Made by a program: the position numbers and the translations under genes. From Nanobdellota archaeon (GTDB lineage: Archaea; Nanobdellota; Nanobdellia; UBA10117; ARS21): a stretch of 64,000 bases of DNA. The stretch spans positions 7,752 through 71,751 of the forward strand of contig JAAZYP010000001.1 in assembly GCA_014239585.1 (NCBI GenBank), given 5' to 3'. The notes below the pieces were generated by a model. That model was given only the letters and a program-made list of their open reading frames with translations, had not been told where the DNA came from and did no database searches. Every line of letters begins with the position of its first letter. Within the stretch, counting starts at the first letter, position 1. Below are positions 57,528 through 64,000 of this stretch, in pieces.

Positions 57528-59555
57528 ATGGTAAAATCAAAAAAATTGTTGAGTATATTACTGTTAATTCTAGTAAGTTTAACTGCAGTAGCTGCAACCG
57601 TGGTATCAAATGTATCTGTTAGTACAGATATTAATAATTCAAATGTAAATCATGCGGGAAGCAAATCCGGAACATTAACATTTTCAAATGATGATTTATC
57701 TTCAAATTATACTGTAGATATAAGTGGAACAACTTCAAATTCAGGAATCACTTTAACGTTAGATACAACTTCCTTATTTGTTAATACTAATTCTTCAAGC
57801 ACCGCAACATATTCGGTAGCCGCAGATCAATACACGCCAAATGCAACATATACATATACTATTAATTATTCAGATAGCTCAAATTCATCAGATACTAATT
57901 CAGAAACATTTTATTTAATTGTACCTGAAGACAAAACAATTACAAAAACTGTTGATTCGGAAGAAACAATTTCTAGAGGAAATTCAGAAACATTTTCAAT
58001 TTTATTAAATAATACGGGAAATGTAAATGCAGGTTGGACTAACATATCATACCCCAATTTGAAATTAAATTGGGATCAGGAAGTTAATTTAACTGGTTCA
58101 AATACAAATACGCCATCAACTTTAACGGCAGGAAATTCAGAGTATTTGAATGTAACATATACAACTTTCAATACAAGTAATAGTAAAACTGAATACGGTA
58201 TTTATTCTGGAATATTAACCTACGATGACGAAGATGGAGCATCACAATCCATAAATTTAGAATTATCTGTATTTGAAAATTCACACGATTCTCGATTGGA
58301 AATCACTGCAAATTTTGAAGATATAACAAATGATGATACGGATACATATCCTGGAGACATAGTGCGGATTGAAGATATTGAAATAAATAACGATTATACG
58401 AACAATAATGATGATAGCATAACCGATATTGAATTAGAATATCGAGTATATTTAGCTGCAGACGGTGATGATATGGTTGATGAAACATATTCAGAAACCT
58501 TTGATTTAGAAGAAAACGAAGATTCAAATAACTTTGATATTGATTTTCAAATTCCTTTTGATGCAAAAGAAGGAGATTATATTATTGAATTAGTTGCAAC
58601 CGGGGAGGTTTCTTCAGATGGAACCGATGATGGTGATGAAATATCTAATAGACTTTACCTTGAATTTAATGTTGATAAAGAATCAAGACATATGATTCCA
58701 AAAACACTAATTTCTGATGATTATTGTCCTGGTGAAATTGCAGAATTAAATATCGAATTAGTAAATATTGGAACAAACGATCTAGATGAAGATGACGATA
58801 TGTTGGTTCGAGTAAAGATACCGAGTTTTGAGTATGACCAATGGCACAATTACACTGAAAATATTGATGCAGGAGATACTGAAACAACAACAATTAATGT
58901 AGCTATTCCTTCGAACGCAGCAACAGGAAATCATGAAGTTAAAATTTATTCAAGACATGATGGAAACTCAAATTCTAATAAAGATGGTTCGTATTTATTA
59001 CAAACTTTAACTCTGAGTTCAACATGTGCGGGAACTGCAAGTTCAGATACAACAATACTTTCCGGACAAAGTTCAGAAGAAGGTACACAAGGAATGAACA
59101 CTAAGTATATTTTAACAGTTACAAATAACGGAGATTCAGCAGTAACTTATGAAGTTGAAGCAATAGGTGTTGACGCATGGGGTGCAGCAGTAATAACTCC
59201 TGAAACATTAAGTGTTCCAGCAGGTGAAACTTCAACGTTCAGTGTTTATTTACAACCTGGCGAAAATGCACAATCAACGAATAACGCAGTAATTAACTTG
59301 AAATCCGGAGGTGAAGTTGTCGCATCAAAAACATTAACTCTAACAATTTCAGGAATAAGTATTTCAACATTTACCGATGCATTGTTTGGAAACACTTTTT
59401 CTGAATTAGGAGATACATCAATTGTAACACTTATTTCATTATTGATTGTTCTTGGAACAGCAGGCGGTGCAATTTGGTTAGTGCATGGCGATCAAATCAG
59501 ATCTTCACAAAAAAAGAAAAAAAGAAAATCTTCAAAGAAAAAATCACGAAGATAA
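57528..59555 (+). CDS. Surface (S-layer-like) protein 1: signal peptide, N-X-S/T-rich, acidic CARDB-like domains, C-terminal TM and polybasic tail
   Basis: Signal MVKSKKLLSILLLILVSLTAVAA, very many N-X-S/T sequons, ..LLNNTGNVNAG.. type beta-sandwich motifs, and the end ..IVLGTAGGAIWLV..KKKKRKSSKKKSRR. Confidence 0.65.
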   Translation: MVKSKKLLSILLLILVSLTAVAATVVSNVSVSTDINNSNVNHAGSKSGTLTFSNDDLSSNYTVDISGTTSNSGITLTLDTTSLFVNTNSSSTATYSVAADQYTPNATYTYTINYSDSSNSSDTNSETFYLIVPEDKTITKTVDSEETISRGNSETFSILLNNTGNVNAGWTNISYPNLKLNWDQEVNLTGSNTNTPSTLTAGNSEYLNVTYTTFNTSNSKTEYGIYSGILTYDDEDGASQSINLELSVFENSHDSRLEITANFEDITNDDTDTYPGDIVRIEDIEINNDYTNNNDDSITDIELEYRVYLAADGDDMVDETYSETFDLEENEDSNNFDIDFQIPFDAKEGDYIIELVATGEVSSDGTDDGDEISNRLYLEFNVDKESRHMIPKTLISDDYCPGEIAELNIELVNIGTNDLDEDDDMLVRVKIPSFEYDQWHNYTENIDAGDTETTTINVAIPSNAATGNHEVKIYSRHDGNSNSNKDGSYLLQTLTLSSTCAGTASSDTTILSGQSSEEGTQGMNTKYILTVTNNGDSAVTYEVEAIGVDAWGAAVITPETLSVPAGETSTFSVYLQPGENAQSTNNAVINLKSGGEVVASKTLTLTISGISISTFTDALFGNTFSELGDTSIVTLISLLIVLGTAGGAIWLVHGDQIRSSQKKKKRKSSKKKSRR

Positions 59556-59567
59556 ATCATACTCCGT

Positions 59568-59583
59568 TCCGAAGTACTTCGGA
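59568..59583 (+). promoter_or_regulatory. 16-nt perfect palindrome between surface genes 1 and 2, overlapping a GGAGG ribosome-binding-like motif
   Basis: TCCGAAGTACTTCGGA. GGAGG at 59581-59585 lies 10 nt upstream of ATG 59595. Confidence 0.5.
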
Positions 59584-59594
59584 GGAAATATAAA

Positions 59595-60881
59595 ATGGAA
59601 AAAATATTACAAAAAACAATGACAGCATTTCTGGTATTATTAACTTTAATGATTCCAGTAAGTGCAGGTACTGCTGGCGTAGGAAGCGCAGGCACAATCA
59701 CTGAAGGTGATAGTACAGTAACTATCTCTTTCCCATATACGGGAGTAACTTCAGCTGCGGCAGAGTCCGTAACTTTAGTAGTTAGTGGCGCAGCATTACC
59801 AACACAAACACAAACGGTTACATTAGATCCAGTTAGCTCTGGTGCTAGCGGAACTGCAAGTGCAACATTCGTTGTTAATAGCGATTTAGCTGCTTCAAGC
59901 AGTCCTTATTCTATTACATTAGTTGCAACAAGTGCAGGTACCAATACAACTGTAGTTACTGATCTTTCAGGAACCGTTAGTTTGACTGTAAACGCTGCAA
60001 CTTCAGAAGAAGCTTGTTCAGCATTGATTACAAATGATGGCGAACTTGAAGATGAATACAACCCAGGTGACACTGTTACGATCGAACTCGAATTAGAGAA
60101 CGAAGAATGTGGCGGATCAACTTGGACAGACGTAGTTTTTGAAGCATGGTTAACGGATAGCAATGGAAGAATTTCTAGTGTTGACGATACTGCAGAATTC
60201 AATCTAGGCGACGAAGAAGAAGATACGCTTCGATTCAGTTTTGATCTAGAAGATGATGCAGATGCAGATGAAACTTATCAAGTAGTTGTAAGAGCAACAG
60301 CAGATGAAGCTGCAGAATATTTGTGGATGTCCGCAGATAATGAATTCAGTTTCGATGTTGAAAGAGATGAACATAGTATTTTAGTTACTTCTGTTCAATA
60401 TGATGCAAGTACACAAGCAGGTGAAACTGTTGATGTAGCTGTAACAATATTGAATAATGGAGAAGGCGACGAAGAAAATGTTCAAGTAACTCTTTCAGTA
60501 GCTGGAGCAACACAAACTTCAAGTTACTTCACTATTGAAGAAGACGAAGAAGTAGTTCGATACTTTACTTTAACTGTTCCAAATGGAGCAAGTGGTGAAG
60601 ATTTATTGGTAGTTCGAGCAGCTAACGCAGATGCATCAGATTCCTATTCAGGAAGCATCAGTGTTAACGCAGCAGCAAGTGGTTCAGATAGTTTAACTGA
60701 AGAACAAATCGAAGCATTACTAGACGCAAGATTGTCAAGTGGTGACGGAGACGAAGGTATCTCAGTTGCATGGATTATTGCAGGTCTATTAATTGTTTGG
60801 ATGTTACATCAAAACGGTTGTGGATTAAGAAGAACTAAACCAACTCGTGGACGAAAAAAGTCTAAGAAAGTTTACTATTAA
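59595..60881 (+). CDS. Surface (S-layer-like) protein 2: signal peptide, Ala/Thr/Ser/Asp/Glu-rich, C-terminal TM and basic tail
   Basis: Signal ..AFLVLLTLMIPVSAG. It shares two domains with protein 1 (PGD.V.IE..., ...ATADE/ATGE; F.V.....H...). The end is ISVAWIIAGLLIVWML..RRTKPTRGRKKSKKVYY. Confidence 0.65.
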   Translation: MEKILQKTMTAFLVLLTLMIPVSAGTAGVGSAGTITEGDSTVTISFPYTGVTSAAAESVTLVVSGAALPTQTQTVTLDPVSSGASGTASATFVVNSDLAASSSPYSITLVATSAGTNTTVVTDLSGTVSLTVNAATSEEACSALITNDGELEDEYNPGDTVTIELELENEECGGSTWTDVVFEAWLTDSNGRISSVDDTAEFNLGDEEEDTLRFSFDLEDDADADETYQVVVRATADEAAEYLWMSADNEFSFDVERDEHSILVTSVQYDASTQAGETVDVAVTILNNGEGDEENVQVTLSVAGATQTSSYFTIEEDEEVVRYFTLTVPNGASGEDLLVVRAANADASDSYSGSISVNAAASGSDSLTEEQIEALLDARLSSGDGDEGISVAWIIAGLLIVWMLHQNGCGLRRTKPTRGRKKSKKVYY

Positions 60882-60885
60882 AGTT

Positions 60886-60918
60886 GAGGGATTTTTCCCT
60901 CTCTTTTTATTTTTTATT
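60886..60918 (+). terminator. Hairpin plus oligo-T terminator candidate after surface gene 2
   Basis: GAGGGA-TTTT-TCCCTC followed by TCTTTTTATTTTTTATT. A TATA-like ATATTTATATAT then precedes the next gene. Confidence 0.6.
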
Positions 60919-60974
60919 ATGACTAGTTTATAGCATAAATATTTATATATCGTTTTCATTAAATCTCAAGTGAT

Positions 60975-63317
60975 ATGAAACGTCTTATAATCGTACTTAC
61001 GTTCTTAATGCTGGCGAGTCCAGTATATGCAGGATTTACAATTAGTGCAGATACAGTAAATCATTCTATTTGTCCAACAACAACTGAATTAGTGACTATC
61101 GAAATAATCAATCAAGATGATTCATATAAATCCTATAATTTTGGTCTTTCAGGAGATGCAAGTCAATGGACAGTTATGGCACCATCGGGAATAACGTTAG
61201 CACCCAATGAAAGAGGAAATGTCTATCTGTATGTGACTCCATCTATGTACGCACAAACTGGAACTCATAATCTCAAATTTACTGCATCTTCATCAGGTAG
61301 AACTGAACAAATTAGTTTTAATATTGAAGTTCCAGAATGTAACGGATTAAGTCTTTCGGTACAAAATAGTCAAAGAACAGTTTGTTCGGGAACCACCGGA
61401 GATTTTTCATTAAATCTAAACAACGACGGAAGATGGACTGAAACATATGATTTACTAATTTCAGGAGAGGTAGCACAATGGGGAAGTTTAAGTAAAACAT
61501 CAATGACGTTATCTGCCGGAGAAAGCGAAGAATTTAATTTATATGTACTTCCCGAAGATGGAGAATATGGCGATTTTTCCGTAACAGTTACTGCACAATC
61601 AAGAACAACAGATGCAGTTGTTTCAAAAGAGTTAATGCTAAATTCAGAAGATTGTTTCGATTTCGATTTAATCGCATCTGAAAATTTTGCCTCATTTTGC
61701 GATAATTCGGAAGTTAAAATTCCATTAACTGTTGAAAATTTTGGATCAGAACAAAATAATTTTGGATTAGAATTAAATGGAAATTCTTGGTCCTCAATTA
61801 GTTCAGATCAATTTTCAATTCCAGCAAGATCATCAAAAACTTTCGATTTAATATTGGTTCCAGGAACGGGAACAGTAGGAAATTATCAGTTTGAAGTTAT
61901 TACAAAGTCATTAAACAGCGATAAGACTGATTCAACAACAATAACTGCTAATGTATTGAGTTGTCGCAAATCTACAATGACAGTAGCAACAGATTCAATA
62001 GAATTATGTCCCGGAGATAGTAAAACTGTTGATGTATTGTTGCTAAATTCAGGTAGATTTGAAGAGACATATGCGTTAAGTATGAAGGGAACTCCGTGGT
62101 CAAAATTAGATGAGTCGTTAGTTAGATTAAATTCCGAAGAATCAAAAATAGTACAATTAACCCTTTCAACAGATTATTCTACACCATCCGGGAAATTTAA
62201 ATCATCAATTGTTGCAAACATACAAAATATCGAAGGTAAAAAATTAGAATCAGTAATCGATGTAACGGTAAACGATGAAAATTCATGTTATTCTGTTTCA
62301 GCAAATTCAAAATCGACTGTCGAGTTAGGAATTGGAACGGGAACATTAATCCCGATAACTTTGAAAAATACGGGAACTCGATCAGATAATTACCAATTAA
62401 CATTAACGGGTGATGCCACACAATATGCGCAATTAAATCCAGGAACGGTAACAATTGATGGCAATTCCGAAGAGACAATATATTTATTTGTATCTTTACC
62501 ACGAGATGCAGAATTAGGACTATATAATGTTGAATTAATTGCTGAATCAGATAGATCTTCAACTAAATTATCCATAAATATACTTGCAAAACAAGGTGGA
62601 ATTGATCGTGTATTCTCAAATATTAATGAACTAACTGGCGAAACAACATCAAAAATTACCTCAGCGTTTAATTCATTTACTTCAAAAGTTTCAAGTTTTA
62701 TTGGAACATCATCAAGTTATATTACGAATTTAGTAATATCTGAAAATAGTTATCTTGTTAGATATTGGTATATTTTTCCAATAATTTTAGTTATGATGAT
62801 TCTTTCAATGTTCAGAAATAATAATGATTCGTGGATGAAGGATTTAGAATTATTAGAAAAAGATTTAGATCTAAAACCAAAAAAACGTAAAACCATTTTT
62901 TCTAAAATTAGAGATAATTGGATCAAATATCAAAAAAATCGAAAAAGAACTAAAGTTGTAACTAAAGTAATTTCAAAACCAAAGAAAAATAAAGTCAAAT
63001 CAAAGAAACCGTCACAATTAACACGTTATTGGAAGAAATTTAATAAATGGATGAATGAAGAAATTGAGGTACCGATTAAACAAAAGAAAAATAAATCCAA
63101 ACAAAAACCAAAGAAAATCAAATCGATCAAGAAAAAAGTAAAATCAACAAAACAAAATGGATTTTGGCAAAAATTCCTAAAATGGTTGGATTCTGAACCT
63201 AAAACTAAAGTAAAAATTAAAAAAACAAAACCAAAGAAAAATAAAGTCAAATCAAAGAAAACTAAATCTTCAAAATCAATCTGGCAAAAATTCCTAGATT
63301 GGCTAGATGAAGAATGA
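60975..63317 (+). CDS. Surface protein 3: signal peptide, five tandem ~100-aa Cys-bracketed beta-sandwich repeats, one TM, and a 167-aa polybasic cytoplasmic tail with tandem Trp motifs
   Basis: Signal MKRLIIVLTFLMLASPVYA. Five repeats follow the pattern C..(8-10)..v.l.N.G.....Y.L.l.G...W. TM segment YWYIFPIILVMMILSMF. The tail is described in the findings. Confidence 0.7.
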   Translation: MKRLIIVLTFLMLASPVYAGFTISADTVNHSICPTTTELVTIEIINQDDSYKSYNFGLSGDASQWTVMAPSGITLAPNERGNVYLYVTPSMYAQTGTHNLKFTASSSGRTEQISFNIEVPECNGLSLSVQNSQRTVCSGTTGDFSLNLNNDGRWTETYDLLISGEVAQWGSLSKTSMTLSAGESEEFNLYVLPEDGEYGDFSVTVTAQSRTTDAVVSKELMLNSEDCFDFDLIASENFASFCDNSEVKIPLTVENFGSEQNNFGLELNGNSWSSISSDQFSIPARSSKTFDLILVPGTGTVGNYQFEVITKSLNSDKTDSTTITANVLSCRKSTMTVATDSIELCPGDSKTVDVLLLNSGRFEETYALSMKGTPWSKLDESLVRLNSEESKIVQLTLSTDYSTPSGKFKSSIVANIQNIEGKKLESVIDVTVNDENSCYSVSANSKSTVELGIGTGTLIPITLKNTGTRSDNYQLTLTGDATQYAQLNPGTVTIDGNSEETIYLFVSLPRDAELGLYNVELIAESDRSSTKLSINILAKQGGIDRVFSNINELTGETTSKITSAFNSFTSKVSSFIGTSSSYITNLVISENSYLVRYWYIFPIILVMMILSMFRNNNDSWMKDLELLEKDLDLKPKKRKTIFSKIRDNWIKYQKNRKRTKVVTKVISKPKKNKVKSKKPSQLTRYWKKFNKWMNEEIEVPIKQKKNKSKQKPKKIKSIKKKVKSTKQNGFWQKFLKWLDSEPKTKVKIKKTKPKKNKVKSKKTKSSKSIWQKFLDWLDEE
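62974..63260 (+). repeat. In-frame direct repeats within the tail-coding region of surface gene 3
   Basis: The 35-nt exact repeat CAAAACCAAAGAAAAATAAAGTCAAATCAAAGAAA occurs at 62974-63008 and 63226-63260, 252 nt (84 codons) apart. TGGCAAAAATTCCTA is also shared between the second and third motif units. Confidence 0.85.
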
Positions 63318-64000
63318 ATTTTTTAGATGATCTCTTGGAAGTAAAATATACTATTTCGCAATGGTATATTAATAATTCAGATTTTGATAATATTGATTTT
63401 GCACCAGTAACATTTAATTTAGATAAGTTGTTAGTTGATGATTTTGCACGAGAAGCAAGAGATTACAAAACGAGTGATAATAAACCGTCTAGAGCTAGAC
63501 GAAATAAAGATGGAAGATTAATAATTAAACGACCATTTGACGGAATCATAAAACGATTAAGAAAAGTTAATGATACAAAATATATGTTGGTAGGAAATAA
63601 AATAATTGATAAACAACGAATTCCGCCTGAAAAAGCAATTTTCAATTTTAGATCTTTTGAACACGAATATTTGTTGGATTTAAATATTCGTTCAAATATA
63701 AATTTTAATCCATTTTTAGAATCATTATCTTCCACTGAACCGAATCCTCAGTTTTTAGAATGTACATTAAGAAAACAAAACACATTTACTAAAGAAATTA
63801 TTTCTGAAGAATCAAAATATTTAATTGATATGACAAATAAATATTGGAATTCGAGCAATAATAAATACGATTGGTTATCCATATTATATCTTTTAGATTC
63901 AAAAGATGAACTTAAATCGATTATATTGGATAATTTGGATAAATCTTCAAGACGACGAAGAGAAAATTATTTAATCGATAGATTATTGGCAGAAGAGTCT
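63314..64000 (+). CDS. Hypothetical cytoplasmic protein, N-terminal 229 codons; continues beyond the right window edge
   Basis: Not in the ORF track (no stop in window). Own translation from ATG 63314: MNFLDDLLEVKYTISQWYINNSDF... The frame is open to position 64000. ATGA overlap with the stop of surface gene 3. Confidence 0.6.
   Translation, partial: MNFLDDLLEVKYTISQWYINNSDFDNIDFAPVTFNLDKLLVDDFAREARDYKTSDNKPSRARRNKDGRLIIKRPFDGIIKRLRKVNDTKYMLVGNKIIDKQRIPPEKAIFNFRSFEHEYLLDLNIRSNINFNPFLESLSSTEPNPQFLECTLRKQNTFTKEIISEESKYLIDMTNKYWNSSNNKYDWLSILYLLDSKDELKSIILDNLDKSSRRRRENYLIDRLLAEES

Noticed and set aside
59595-60881. Visibly higher GC content of surface gene 2, as a possible sign of horizontal transfer.
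   Set aside because: The shift is explained by the Ala/Gly/Thr/Val/Asp/Glu-rich protein composition. The gene shares domains and its C-terminal anchor with its AT-rich neighbour, and no mobile-element signatures flank it.
1-64000. Search by eye for CRISPR arrays, IS elements or transposases, integrases, reverse transcriptase/DGR template-variable repeats, and prophage genes.
   Set aside because: I saw no regularly spaced direct repeats and no recombinase- or RT-like ORF. The only exact DNA repeat of note is the in-frame one inside surface gene 3. A computational repeat scan would be needed to exclude short or degenerate elements.

Overview
This is an AT-rich, very gene-dense archaeal chromosomal segment with about 80 protein genes. 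Many are translationally coupled through ATGA or TAATG overlaps. I also call 4 tRNAs, an SRP RNA and one further structured-RNA candidate.

The core content is archaeal information processing:
- Replication and repair: MCM (partial), TBP, RFC small and large subunits, GINS-like protein, primase, Pol X, Hjc, UDG.
- Transcription: Spt5, Spt4, RpoE', RpoF.
- Translation: IleRS, AlaRS, HisRS, LeuRS, aIF2-alpha, aIF6, Pelota, Kae1, deoxyhypusine synthase, and r-proteins L1, L10/P0, L12/P1, L11, L21e, L31e, L39e, L44e, S19e, S24e, S27e, S27ae.
- Targeting and division: SRP54, FtsY, SecE, FtsZ.

Metabolic genes are nearly absent, several proteins are shortened or lack domains, and the primase is fused. 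I infer a reduced-genome (DPANN-like) archaeon, but that is not proven from the sequence.

No CRISPR array, IS element, integrase or reverse transcriptase was seen.

Regions most worth a second look:
1. A tight four-gene envelope operon at 41.1-46.2 kb. It encodes a signal-anchored protein with three internal repeats, a polytopic membrane protein with a large Cys-containing ectodomain, and two paralogous lipobox proteins. None has a recognisable family.
2. A surface-protein operon at 57.5-64 kb. Its third protein carries a 167-aa polybasic cytoplasmic tail with tandem W-x-K-F-x-x-W-L-D-x-E motifs and is start/stop coupled to an unknown cytoplasmic ORF.
3. A GC-rich structured RNA of about 300 nt at 35.75-36.05 kb, with RNase P-like motifs in a non-canonical arrangement.
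4. A set of missing domains: L11 without its N-terminal domain, and Spt4 and S27ae without their zinc-ribbon cysteines.
5. An orphan HerA-like ATPase with a C-terminal extension of about 240 aa.

All functional calls come from reading the supplied translations and my own translations. No database search was run.
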